A DNA stretch of 39,131 bases from a virus (lineage: Duplodnaviria > Caudoviricetes): the IMG/VR virus record IMGVR_UViG_3300007973_000005, positions 1-39,131 of that record; one strand, 5' to 3'. The notes under the pieces were generated by a model. The model was given only the letters and a program-made list of their open reading frames with translations. It had not been told where the DNA came from and did no database searches. Shown here one piece after another: positions 19,030-27,811 of this stretch. The translations under genes were made by a program, and so were the position numbers. Each line of letters begins with the position of its first letter. Position 1 is the stretch's first letter.

Positions 19030-19948
19030 TTCAGAACAATACCACGTCCATCACGGCGATTGCATTCCGCACATGCTGGAAGACATGCCAGAAGACTCAG
19101 TCGACTTTGCTGTGTTTTCTCCGCCATTCCCGTCGCTATACGCTTACAGCGACGCGGAGGGCGACATTGGAAATGTCGACTCAATGGGAATGGAAGCGGC
19201 GGTTCACCTGTCGTTCATGTTTAACGGGCTGATGCGAGTTTTGAAGCCGGGACGGGCTGCAATCGTCCACGTCTGCCAGATCCCACGAATGAAGCGATCA
19301 GGCGGCGTTGGCCTGTGCGACTTTCGAGGCACCAACATTCGGCTTGGCGAACGTGCTGGCCTCGTGTATGAATATGATTGGAGCGTTCGCAAAAATCCGC
19401 AGTCTCAGGCTATACGAACACGATCGCGAGAGCTTCAGTTTTCAGGGCTGGAAAGTGATCGCTCAAAGCAACGCGGCACGCTTCAAGACTACTTGATCAA
19501 GTTCCGCAAGCCAGGCGAGAACGCAACGCCTATCGATGCGAAGGGGCAAGTCAGCCGAAACGATTGGATCGCATGGGCGGAAGGCTGCTGGGATGACGTG
19601 CATGAAACCGACACTCTAAACACGGCGGCCGCGAAGTCCGACGATGACACGAGGCACATTTGCCCTTTGCAGCTTGAGGTTATTCGTCGTTGCGTTCTTC
19701 TCTATTCGAATCCGGGCGAGATCGTTTTCAGTCCGTTTGCTGGCATCGGATCTGAAGGATTCGTTTCGCTCGGAGGAACGTCGCCAAAGACAAAACGGGT
19801 GATCTACGACAAGCGGCGTTTTTATGGATGTGAACTAAAGACCGAGTATCACAAGCAGGCATTAAAGAATCTTGATCTGGCAACACGTCAGCATTCTGCG
19901 GTGCATCAGTCGAGTTTGTTTTCAGAACTTGAGGAGGTCGCCCGATGA
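19013..19948 (+). CDS. DNA methyltransferase (N4-C/N6-A, beta-class order)
   Basis: HGDC, catalytic FSPPF, then SAM-binding SPFAGIGSEG and GCEL; start placed at ATG 19013. Confidence 0.88.
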   Translation: MHVFDDSEQYHVHHGDCIPHMLEDMPEDSVDFAVFSPPFPSLYAYSDAEGDIGNVDSMGMEAAVHLSFMFNGLMRVLKPGRAAIVHVCQIPRMKRSGGVGLCDFRGTNIRLGERAGLVYEYDWSVRKNPQSQAIRTRSRELQFSGLESDRSKQRGTLQDYLIKFRKPGENATPIDAKGQVSRNDWIAWAEGCWDDVHETDTLNTAAAKSDDDTRHICPLQLEVIRRCVLLYSNPGEIVFSPFAGIGSEGFVSLGGTSPKTKRVIYDKRRFYGCELKTEYHKQALKNLDLATRQHSAVHQSSLFSELEEVAR

Positions 19949-20301
19949 GCCAACTAACCCTTTTCGACTGCCCCGAAGCCACAGCCCCAATCGCTCGCCA
20001 CAGCGATCCAGCTACAAGCCACAAAGCAGCAGAACGAATCCAGCCAACAGTCACAGCCCGCCAGATTCAATGTTTGGAAGTTCTTCGCGAACACGGGCAG
20101 CCAATGACAAGCAGCGAACTGGCTGAAGCGTGCTGCAATCGGTTCTGCTCAGACCTGAAAGTTGATCCTGTGCAGTACGCGAAAAAGCTCGACAACTTTC
20201 GAAAGAGGGCCGACGAGATCAAGCGAAACGAAGACCTGTGCATTCGGCTGGAAGCGGAGCGAGATGGCGGGCAGTTGTTCGAAGCAAAGGACGGCAAATG
20301 A
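19945..20301 (+). CDS. putative winged-HTH DNA-binding protein
   Basis: ARHSDPATSHKAA...LEVLREHGQPMTSSELA pattern. Confidence 0.6.
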   Translation: MSQLTLFDCPEATAPIARHSDPATSHKAAERIQPTVTARQIQCLEVLREHGQPMTSSELAEACCNRFCSDLKVDPVQYAKKLDNFRKRADEIKRNEDLCIRLEAERDGGQLFEAKDGK

Positions 20302-20579
20302 TCATTCCGCAAAGCAAATCAAAGCCACCAGTGCCACACAAAGATTCGCGTTTGACTCCGATTGTTTGCTTGGGAGTCATCAAGATTCGACGATCAGGAG
20401 GCGGAGGGCGACCGATTTGGAAGTGCCGGTGTGAATGCGGAAACGTCATCCTGACTGCCCGCCACCGAATTCAAAACGGTGAAACAAAGTCATGCGGATG
20501 CCTTCGAAAAGAAATGTCACGCGACGCCATTAAACACGCTCAACAAGTCAGGAGAGAGAAGTATGCCGCTATTAAATGA
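20298..20579 (+). CDS. HNH/AP2-associated Zn-binding N-terminal module without a nuclease domain
   Basis: WKCRCECGN...GETKSCGCL, the same module as the N-terminus of 32807-33448. Confidence 0.6.
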   Translation: MIIPQSKSKPPVPHKDSRLTPIVCLGVIKIRRSGGGGRPIWKCRCECGNVILTARHRIQNGETKSCGCLRKEMSRDAIKHAQQVRREKYAAIK

Positions 20580-20709
20580 AATCATTGCAACAGTTTTACT
20601 GATCGTCTTGGCATGGTTTGCGGCTGGATCATCGCAACTGGCTGACGAGCGAAGCCAGATCAAGCGTGGAAACAAGTGGGCGCGGGACAACTACCCACCA
20701 ACTTACTAA
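20563..20709 (+). CDS. small membrane protein (48 aa)
   Basis: RBS AGGAG; hydrophobic IIATVLLIVLAWFAAG. Confidence 0.5.
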   Translation: MPLLNEIIATVLLIVLAWFAAGSSQLADERSQIKRGNKWARDNYPPTY

Positions 20710-20740
20710 CCGGCGAGAGCAAGGGTTCACCGGATTTATC

Positions 20741-20819
20741 TGACTGTGCGGCGTGGTGGGACACGCGGGGATGTTGCGGAACGGCATTCTTTGGCCTTGG
20801 TTCAAATCCAACACAGTCA
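20741..20819 (+). ncRNA. tRNA-like RNA (non-canonical)
   Basis: TGACTGTG/CACAGTCA acceptor stem, GCGT/ACGC D stem, TTGG-TTCAAAT-CCAA T arm; 9-bp anticodon-position stem with no U33-type loop. Confidence 0.6.
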
Positions 20820-20869
20820 TTCAGCGGCAACGTGTCGCTGTGCCAAACGCCAATTTAGGAAAATAGACA

Positions 20870-21643
20870 ATGATTACATTTACGCTTGAGACTATTAGTC
20901 CGCATGTGGCTAAGCAGTATTTAGAACGAAACCATAAAAACAGATCGCTCACCAAGGAGCGAGTGAACGCATTATCGAGAGACATTCAGTCAGACGCCTT
21001 TATGGTCACGCATCAGTGCATCGCGTTTAATGCTAACGGCGATTTAATTGACGGGCAGCATAGACTGTCGGCCGTGGTAGCTACAGGAACATCGGTGCAG
21101 ATGTATGTGGCAAGATATGAGCGAACAGAGACGGCGATGGCGTTGCCCTTTGATAATGGCCTGACCCGCAAGCATTATGATATTTTGGATATCACTCGAA
21201 AGCAGACTGAACTCGCGTCTGCGGTGCTGAGAATCAAAGGCCGAGCAAACACGTTTACGTCTGCGGATATACAGGCGTGCGTTGATCATCACGAGTCGCA
21301 GTTTAACACGGTTTTGGAATGCTCATCGAACACGGCTAAGCACAGGTCGTCTGCTGGTGCAAAGGCGGCCATCGCGTTGCTGATAAAAAAGAACCCACAA
21401 GCTGCGGATGAAATCATTCAGCAGTATGTGAAGTTTCTAAACTTCGATTTGGATGGCATGTGGCCGAGCGTTGCGGCGTGTGTTCGCGCATTGGAAAACA
21501 TTAGGGCATCTGGCGGATCAACAATGCAAAAAATGGTTGCTTCGAGAGTGTGGTATGCGTTTCAACCTGAAAACAAGCATCTAAAGCTCATCAGAATATT
21601 AGATGAAAACGCACTGATAGCGGAAATGCAAACGTTTTGCTGA
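20870..21643 (+). CDS. ParB/Srx-like (DGQHR) domain protein
   Basis: LERNHKNR, IAFNANGDLIDGQHRLSAV. Confidence 0.75.
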   Translation: MITFTLETISPHVAKQYLERNHKNRSLTKERVNALSRDIQSDAFMVTHQCIAFNANGDLIDGQHRLSAVVATGTSVQMYVARYERTETAMALPFDNGLTRKHYDILDITRKQTELASAVLRIKGRANTFTSADIQACVDHHESQFNTVLECSSNTAKHRSSAGAKAAIALLIKKNPQAADEIIQQYVKFLNFDLDGMWPSVAACVRALENIRASGGSTMQKMVASRVWYAFQPENKHLKLIRILDENALIAEMQTFC

Positions 21644-21650
21644 ATCGGAA

Positions 21651-21823
21651 GCGGCTGGATCGTTTCCAGTCGTGCCCGCTGTCAACGGCGGCGGGCGAAT
21701 ACAAGCGGTCGACCGTGAAACGTCGCTAAGTCGAAGGAATCGAACCGCTCTTTGTACTCCTGCGAACAGTCACCAAGGGTTCGGCGTTTCCAGCAGTCAC
21801 GCCGAGACTGTTCGCAGGTTTTT
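21651..21823 (+). promoter_or_regulatory. multi-hairpin leader/ncRNA ending in a terminator-like stem
   Basis: Four consecutive stems; the last is CCTGCGAACAGTC/GACTGTTCGCAGG (13 bp) followed by TTTTT. Confidence 0.55.
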
Positions 21824-21844
21824 CTATCACGAAAGGATTTCAGG

Positions 21845-22111
21845 ATGTTGGTACTCAGAAGGTCGGTCAGTGAGGAAGTCATCATCACGGTCGGCGAAGA
21901 AAGAATCGTCGTCAAGTTGGTCGACACGATCGGCGGGAACCACGCACGAATTGGATTCACAGCATCAAAGAACGTGCGGATTGATCGCAAGGAGATCCAC
22001 GATTCGATCATGGAAACAGGTTTCAATCCGGAAGCAAAACCGGCATTGAAGACAGTGATTCGAATTGGTGAGCGACTCCCCGGCGAATTGATGCGGAGAA
22101 AACCGCAATGA
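21845..22111 (+). CDS. csrA: carbon storage regulator CsrA/RsmA-like RNA-binding protein
   Basis: MLVLRRSVSEEVII...ARIGFTASKNVRIDRKEI matches the CsrA pattern MLILTRR.GE...VRIGI.AP..V.V.REE. Confidence 0.85.
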   Translation: MLVLRRSVSEEVIITVGEERIVVKLVDTIGGNHARIGFTASKNVRIDRKEIHDSIMETGFNPEAKPALKTVIRIGERLPGELMRRKPQ

Positions 22112-22359
22112 CACGACGCAAGAAAGCCGGAAAGAAATCCAACAGGCTACACGTTCCAACAGGCCACAAGCCAATGACGCGAGATCCATCATTGGAAGAG
22201 ATCTGGGGCACAGAAACAACGATCGGGCTGGCGGAAATTATCCGCATGGAACGGCCTGACCATCCGGAAAACAAAGGCTTGCATCGGCCTTCACAGATTC
22301 GTGAGTGTTCGACGCGAATGCTGCCGGGTGGTCGCGGCGTATTGAGGGGGCAGGGATGA
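22108..22359 (+). CDS. hypothetical protein
   Basis: ATGA-coupled at both ends. Confidence 0.6.
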   Translation: MTRRKKAGKKSNRLHVPTGHKPMTRDPSLEEIWGTETTIGLAEIIRMERPDHPENKGLHRPSQIRECSTRMLPGGRGVLRGQG

Positions 22360-22799
22360 AAGTACAAGCATGGATTGGAATTGACCCCGGAGCATCCGGC
22401 GCAATCGCAGTCGTCTTTGCTTCGGGCAATGTTTGCTGGATTAAGAACGACAGCACAGAACATGAGCTGGCAAACTGGATTCGTGAACTGGCCTTGTCGC
22501 ACGAACTGGCAGCAGTCATTGAGCAAGTTAACGCAATGCCAAAGCAGGGCGTCTCATCAACCTTCAAGTTCGGCAAGTCGTTTGGCTTCTTGATTGGCAT
22601 CCTGACGGCGTTGCAAGTGCCTTACGAATCATATCGGCCTCAAGTTTGGCAGAAGCACATGAGATGCTTGACGAAAGGCGACAAGAACGTGAGCAAGGCG
22701 GCTGCACAGCGACTCTGGCCATCAACGAAGATCACTCACGCTAATGCTGATGCTTTGCTGATTGCGGAGTTTTGCAGGCAGATTAGGAACGGGCGATGA
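22356..22799 (+). CDS. RuvC-like Holliday junction resolvase
   Basis: IGIDPGASGA, VIEQV, FGKSFG, PQVWQK, ADALLIA; start placed at ATG 22356. Confidence 0.85.
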   Translation: MKVQAWIGIDPGASGAIAVVFASGNVCWIKNDSTEHELANWIRELALSHELAAVIEQVNAMPKQGVSSTFKFGKSFGFLIGILTALQVPYESYRPQVWQKHMRCLTKGDKNVSKAAAQRLWPSTKITHANADALLIAEFCRQIRNGR

Positions 22800-23134
22800 G
22801 TGAGGTCATCTGCATCAGTTTCACGCCATCGCGTGAGTACGCGGACGCAATCAGGCAGGATCGCAATATTCGCGACGGCAAGGCGTGCGGAGCTACAGCC
22901 GGGGACACTTGGCATCTGGGGCTGCGGACATATGACGTGATTGATCAGTTCGCACGGTATCGCGACGACGAACGCGAACCGATCACAAACCCATTCTGGC
23001 GAGCAAGAATTGAGAAGCACAAGCGGTTGAGGGCAGCCGATGACGCGCAGTGGAGAGTACGAGACATGGCAGCAGCGTTGCAGCCATCAGTTGTGAAAGC
23101 ATTTTTGAAAGCATTGACTAATGGCGAAAGCTGA
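22796..23134 (+). CDS. hypothetical protein
   Basis: Coupled ORF within the operon. Confidence 0.6.
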   Translation: MSEVICISFTPSREYADAIRQDRNIRDGKACGATAGDTWHLGLRTYDVIDQFARYRDDEREPITNPFWRARIEKHKRLRAADDAQWRVRDMAAALQPSVVKAFLKALTNGES

Positions 23135-24125
23135 ATTGATACTAACGGAAGAACAGGCCATTGCATTTGGCCAGGCATTGCAGACGCCGCTAGTTGCGAT
23201 CGCAAGGACTGCGGAGCTGTCTCGATTGCATGGGGACACGGTTGCAAGCCTGTACCGAGTTGCGGCACTAAAGGAGTTCCGCAAAGTCGTATCGGCTGAA
23301 GAGATCAAGGCACTGATCATTGCAGCGGCTGGAGACGGCTACGAAGTTGCGGAGTCGGACAAGTTTAAGATTCCTGATGAGATTAAGCTCGAGGGAGCAG
23401 TCAGGGCGATGCAGAAAGGCTATTTGCTGAGCGATGAGGCTGGCCCCCACTTTACTGTGATCCTCGGCAAGGGCGGCGTCTCAGTCCTGATCAAGGAAGC
23501 CGGGCATCGTCACAAGTTGCGACGGGCCGGATGCAAGCAAATAGACGTTGTCTCTGCTGCAAAGCACATGCGGCCACGTCCTAATGCGGGTGGCAAGTTT
23601 GACATGATTGTCGAGGGTCGAGCGTCATGCGTGCTGAATGGTGAAGTCATTGCCGTGGAGCGTAACGCAGACTTGCCAATCATTTTGCCATGCTGGGAAA
23701 CGGACGGGCCGGATGGACACGAGGCAAAAGCACGGCGGCGGCTGTTGCGTGATCTCTGGGCAAAGGTGTCTGGAGACTTCGAGCCAATTGAGTTGGATGA
23801 GGTCGAGAGCGAATCGCAGGTTGAGCAGATTATTGTTCCGGCCAAAGTCATTGAGAGAACGCCGGTCGAGGCTGAAAAAACTGAAACCGAAAAGCACGAG
23901 CCATCACTCGCACGCATCCGCAAGATTCTCGCTGACAATCCTGATCAACTGACATTCGTTGAGTCGGTTTGGAATGAGATCGCAGCAGCAAAGACTCATG
24001 AGAAGCTTGAGGATGCCGGCAAGGAGTTGGCGGCGATGAAAGCCAGCGTTAGCAGTCAGGTACTGTCGTTGGTGCGTCCGTTCTATCAGGCTCGGCAAGC
24101 GGAGCTGAAAGGCGGTGCGGCATGA
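23121..24125 (+). CDS. putative single-strand annealing recombinase (RecT-like, tentative)
   Basis: Size and position next to ruvC; acidic linker and helical C-terminal domain; weak resemblance only. Confidence 0.35.
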   Translation: MAKAELILTEEQAIAFGQALQTPLVAIARTAELSRLHGDTVASLYRVAALKEFRKVVSAEEIKALIIAAAGDGYEVAESDKFKIPDEIKLEGAVRAMQKGYLLSDEAGPHFTVILGKGGVSVLIKEAGHRHKLRRAGCKQIDVVSAAKHMRPRPNAGGKFDMIVEGRASCVLNGEVIAVERNADLPIILPCWETDGPDGHEAKARRRLLRDLWAKVSGDFEPIELDEVESESQVEQIIVPAKVIERTPVEAEKTETEKHEPSLARIRKILADNPDQLTFVESVWNEIAAAKTHEKLEDAGKELAAMKASVSSQVLSLVRPFYQARQAELKGGAA

Positions 24126-24487
24126 GGCACATCGAAGCCGGTGAGGGATTTAGGCTTCTTACAGTCGGCGAAAAGATCCAGTCAGGCGATTCGTTCCGGC
24201 CTCTAGGTCAAGATTGCTGGCTGATGGTTTTCCAGGCGAGAGTCGATCAGGTTGTCACTCAGGGGCACGTTGCGCATCGGCGAAAGATCGTCCCGGACTT
24301 GTCTCTGCCGAGTGGCATTGAAGCAATCGTCTGCAGTGACATAACAGCTCGCCAGAGGCTCGGCGTAGAAAAGTACGGAACAACGGTCAGAGACAATCCA
24401 CTGAGCCTCCGTGAGTGGCTCCAGCATTCGTACGAAGAATGTCTCGATCAGGCGATTTATCTCAGGAGGGCAATCGATGAACTCTAA
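24122..24487 (+). CDS. hypothetical protein with a conserved phage helical domain (possible all-alpha NTP-pyrophosphatase-like)
   Basis: RQRLGVEKYGTT...EWLQHSYEECLDQAIYL motif. Confidence 0.5.
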   Translation: MRHIEAGEGFRLLTVGEKIQSGDSFRPLGQDCWLMVFQARVDQVVTQGHVAHRRKIVPDLSLPSGIEAIVCSDITARQRLGVEKYGTTVRDNPLSLREWLQHSYEECLDQAIYLRRAIDEL

Positions 24488-24674
24488 AAAAACACGATTT
24501 CACGACGAATGGTTTGCGGTATACGGCTACGAGATGCCACCACACGTCGAACGGCTTCCGATCGTGCAGATTCAGGAGGCGATTGAGTTTGGCCGGAAGA
24601 AGTATCAGCCTGTGAACGAGACGGCTGGCAGCGATGACGATCTCAAAGCTTGGGACGGGCACAAGGAGTTTTGA
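24477..24674 (+). CDS. hypothetical protein
   Basis: RBS GGAGG; overlaps neighbours. Confidence 0.55.
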   Translation: MNSKKTRFHDEWFAVYGYEMPPHVERLPIVQIQEAIEFGRKKYQPVNETAGSDDDLKAWDGHKEF

Positions 24675-24958
24675 TGAGCCACAACCAACGACTCTACTGG
24701 CTAAAGACGCTCGGATTCACCGCACAAGACCGGGGCATCATCCACGGCACGCTCGGAACCTGCTCCTTGGTAACCGGAGAACGCCAAGGCGAGACAGAGG
24801 AATTCTGGCTGGCCGCTCGTGATGGATCGGCATTGGTCCACACGAGCAGCCTTCCGGTGATGACGTGGCAGGAGTTGCAAGCATGGATTGAGGAAAAGCC
24901 TGAGGTGAAGAAAACGTTGCCGAAGGAAAGAAATCTTTTCGGAGATGACCAATGGTAG
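24674..24958 (+). CDS. hypothetical protein
   Basis: RBS AAGGAG; TGATG coupling. Confidence 0.6.
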   Translation: MSHNQRLYWLKTLGFTAQDRGIIHGTLGTCSLVTGERQGETEEFWLAARDGSALVHTSSLPVMTWQELQAWIEEKPEVKKTLPKERNLFGDDQW

Positions 24959-25170
24959 CGCCGGAGCCATTTACCTGCCCCAAATGCGGCGGGCATTACT
25001 ACGGGTCGATCTGCCAGCGGCGGCCAGATGGATCGTTTTGGAAGGTCGCGGAGGAATGCCACGACCAGCACAGCGTTGGGTGCAAGTACGTGGCGCGGAA
25101 AGAAGTGTTGCTCATTGCTGCGAAGCACTTTGATCAAGGAACGTGGCAATCGTGCGCGGAGGGTATTTAG
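24952..25170 (+). CDS. small zinc-ribbon-like protein
   Basis: CPKCGG...CHD....GC; RBS GGAG. Confidence 0.5.
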   Translation: MVAPEPFTCPKCGGHYYGSICQRRPDGSFWKVAEECHDQHSVGCKYVARKEVLLIAAKHFDQGTWQSCAEGI

Positions 25171-25263
25171 AAAATCCGCAACGTAAAGATGATACGGGCG
25201 TGTTGGTTGAGTAGAAGCAGCCTCCACATTAATTTGATTGCATCGGGTTCGCCCGATTTATCG

Positions 25264-25306
25264 CCCGCTGCTGAAAGGTCTTCTACCCTTTTGGCAGCGG
25301 GTTTTT
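25264..25306 (+). terminator. intrinsic terminator/attenuator upstream of the replication genes
   Basis: CCCGCTGCTGAAAGG/CCTTTTGGCAGCGGG 15-bp stem followed by TTTTT. Confidence 0.7.
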
Positions 25307-25409
25307 GCATTGGGATGAAGGCTATGACGAAGGGAGAGTTCGAGGCATACAAGGCCGCACAGATTGCCGCACTTCTTGCATGGGACATAAAGCGTCAGGA
25401 GGTGGCAAA

Positions 25410-26423
25410 ATGAACTACCCAAAACGCGAGCCGTTCTTTGCTCATAAGTTTGTGCGGTTAATGCACAAGGCGGCTGTTGCTGCAGAGATCGGTCGGGATG
25501 CGTTCAGCTTGCTTGTTGTCGTAGCACATACCGAAGACGCGATGCGATATCGCGGGGCTGCAAAGTTCTGGAACTCGCAATTGATCGAAACACTTGGGTT
25601 TACAAAGTGGGATCAGTTCGACAAGGCGAGACGCAAGGCAATTGAATCCGGCTGGCTTAGGTACTCCGGCGACGGCAAGCGAACGTCCGGAGAGTATTAC
25701 GTCACAATTCCAGATGGGTATGAGCAAATCTCAGACACGCCTATTGAGGATACCTGTACGCTTGTGAATCCCGAAAACGGGTATAAACAGGGGTACGATG
25801 ACGGGTATAAACAGGGGATGATCGAGGGTATAAAGAGGGTACAATGTGGGGTACAATGTGGGGTACAAACAGGGGATGAACAGGGGGAACCTTCTATCCC
25901 TATGCCTTTACCTACTCCTGATCTATACACGCCAGGGCGTGATGTCGTAATTCCGGAACACATTAACACAGAACAGTTCCGCAAAATCGTTGGCCGCTTC
26001 GTGAATTACACACGGGCGTCATCAAAGACCAACGGCAAGCCAATTCAATCGAACTCAATGGAAGAGCAAGAGCTTTGGCGGATGGTCGGCACATGGAAGG
26101 TCGATGCCGATTCGCTATCTGAAGCGGTTAGTGCAGCGATTGTCGGCGGATGGGCAAATCTGCGAAAGCCGACCGGAACCAAGGCATTTGCAAAGTTCAC
26201 AAAGTTTTCAGACGAATTCGTCGAGGCAATCAAGGCTGCTCAGCAATACCCAACTGATTACGCAACTCGATTGAAAATGCTCGGCGAGCAAAAGTTCGAG
26301 GCGTTAAAGCGAACTGGCACTGCAAGGGTTGCTGAGGCCAAAGACTCGCAACTGCAGGCACTTGGGGAAGTATACGACTCGCATTTGAAGGATATCAGGA
26401 ATGGAATCAAGACAAGCAATTGA
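25410..26423 (+). CDS. putative replication initiator protein
   Basis: RBS GGAGG; N-terminal wHTH-like region, internal DNA repeats, directly upstream of DnaB; start placed at ATG 25410. Confidence 0.7.
   Translation: MNYPKREPFFAHKFVRLMHKAAVAAEIGRDAFSLLVVVAHTEDAMRYRGAAKFWNSQLIETLGFTKWDQFDKARRKAIESGWLRYSGDGKRTSGEYYVTIPDGYEQISDTPIEDTCTLVNPENGYKQGYDDGYKQGMIEGIKRVQCGVQCGVQTGDEQGEPSIPMPLPTPDLYTPGRDVVIPEHINTEQFRKIVGRFVNYTRASSKTNGKPIQSNSMEEQELWRMVGTWKVDADSLSEAVSAAIVGGWANLRKPTGTKAFAKFTKFSDEFVEAIKAAQQYPTDYATRLKMLGEQKFEALKRTGTARVAEAKDSQLQALGEVYDSHLKDIRNGIKTSN
25777..25891 (+). repeat. ~12-bp iteron-like tandem repeats (candidate origin)
   Basis: ACGGGTATAAACAGGGG x2, GGGTACAATGTG x2 and further GGGTA(T/C)AA variants. 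Confidence 0.7.
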
Positions 26424-27606
26424 GCGGGCAATCATCTGTGCCGCCTTTGACGGGGCAGACGCAGTCGACCGGATCGGAAGCCAAGTCAGCACAATGGACT
26501 TCGCTGACATCGCTCTGCGGGCCGTCTGGAACGCTCTGGCGTCGATCGCAGGCGACGGCAAGGCAATTGACCCTGTCCTCGTCTACGAACACATGACGCA
26601 ACGCGGACGGATGCCGCAGCAAATCAGCTTGGAACTTTTGGCCGATCTGTTTTCCGCGCGGTGGGAATCGGCACACATTGATCATTACTGTGCAGCACTT
26701 CAGCAGCACGCAGCCGCGGATGATGCTCATTTGCTCGGTGAACAGTTGGCGCACGAGCCAGTCATCGATCAGGCGATCATTGACGGCTATATCAGCAAGC
26801 TTGATCAGATCCAGCGTGGACGGAAGGACGAAATCAAAACCGTGGCCGATGCGATCCACGGGCTGGAGGAACGCAAGGCAAATCCTCGGGCGATAACTAA
26901 AACCGGATTGACGCAACTTGACGACATCCTGAGAGGCGGGCTGCGAGACGGCCAGTCGATCATAATCGGTGGGCGTCCTGGTGCTGGCAAATCGGTCTTG
27001 ATGACTCAAATCGGCGTCGGGGCTGCTCAGTTCGGGGCCGGGGTTCTGATCGTAAGTCTTGAAATGATGAAAGAAGAATTGATCGACCGGCTGTCAAAGT
27101 CAATTCCATTCGAAACGCTGAGCACGCTGCCGCTGTACTTCATCGACTCGACTTCGGATCTCGGGACGATTCAGAGCCTCGTGAGGGTGGCTTGTCGGCG
27201 TTATAAAATCGGGGTCATCGTGATTGATTATCTCCAGTTGATGGAGGCTAAGGGCGGACGCAATGAAAGCCGAGAACGTGAAATCGCCACGATTAGCCGA
27301 AGACTAAAGCGGATGGCATTGGACCTGCAGAAGCCGGTGATTGTCGGCAGCCAGTTGAATCGTGAATCGACGAAGAAGGGAAAACCGACATTGGCGGATC
27401 TTCGTGAGTCGGGATCGATTGAGCAGGACGCGGATATTGTGTTGCTGTTGAGTGCGAGCGATGACGGGCCGGAGACGTTGCTGCAGGTGGCGAAACAGCG
27501 AGGTGGAAGGACGGGTGAGATCACGCTGAAGCTGGATGGCCCTCGGTTCATGTTTGAAGCGGAAGCGTCTTCAACCGATTGGGCGGAAAGACGATTCGGC
27601 AATTGA
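26401..27606 (+). CDS. dnaB: DnaB-like replicative helicase
   Basis: GGRPGAGKS, SLEM, IDYLQL, SQLNR, DLRESGSIEQDAD, KQRGG. Confidence 0.93.
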   Translation: MESRQAIERAIICAAFDGADAVDRIGSQVSTMDFADIALRAVWNALASIAGDGKAIDPVLVYEHMTQRGRMPQQISLELLADLFSARWESAHIDHYCAALQQHAAADDAHLLGEQLAHEPVIDQAIIDGYISKLDQIQRGRKDEIKTVADAIHGLEERKANPRAITKTGLTQLDDILRGGLRDGQSIIIGGRPGAGKSVLMTQIGVGAAQFGAGVLIVSLEMMKEELIDRLSKSIPFETLSTLPLYFIDSTSDLGTIQSLVRVACRRYKIGVIVIDYLQLMEAKGGRNESREREIATISRRLKRMALDLQKPVIVGSQLNRESTKKGKPTLADLRESGSIEQDADIVLLLSASDDGPETLLQVAKQRGGRTGEITLKLDGPRFMFEAEASSTDWAERRFGN

Positions 27607-27631
27607 CTTCCCACAATAAACCTATTAGCCT
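27603..27631 (+). promoter_or_regulatory. sigma70-like promoter heading the variable region (leaderless RHH gene)
   Basis: TTGACT-N17-TAGCCT with ATG 6 nt downstream. Confidence 0.6.
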
Positions 27632-27637
27632 TAGTGC

Positions 27638-27811
27638 ATGAAAAAGAAAGCCTCAAAAGGTCGCCCGAAACATCCCGCAGGAATGCGAGCCAAGGTCATG
27701 TCGCTGTGGATCAGTCCGAAGCGTGAAAAGAAGATCAAGGCCAGCGCAAAACGGCAAGGCGTCAGTGTGTCGGAGGCGATTGGCAGGCTGATTGATGACG
27801 CTGAAGAGTAG
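27638..27811 (+). CDS. ribbon-helix-helix (CopG-like) DNA-binding protein (57 aa)
   Basis: Absent from the ORF track; KGRPK...KVMSLWISPKREKKIKASAKRQGVSVSEAIGRLI. Confidence 0.7.
   Translation: MKKKASKGRPKHPAGMRAKVMSLWISPKREKKIKASAKRQGVSVSEAIGRLIDDAEE

Noticed and set aside
20676-20858. 60-aa ORF over the first tRNA-like element
   Set aside because: It overlaps a cloverleaf and has no convincing start or RBS.
25189-25413. 74-aa ORF upstream of the initiator
   Set aside because: Its 5' half runs through the hairpins and terminator; at most a ~32-aa ORF from 25315 is plausible, and that is too weak to call.
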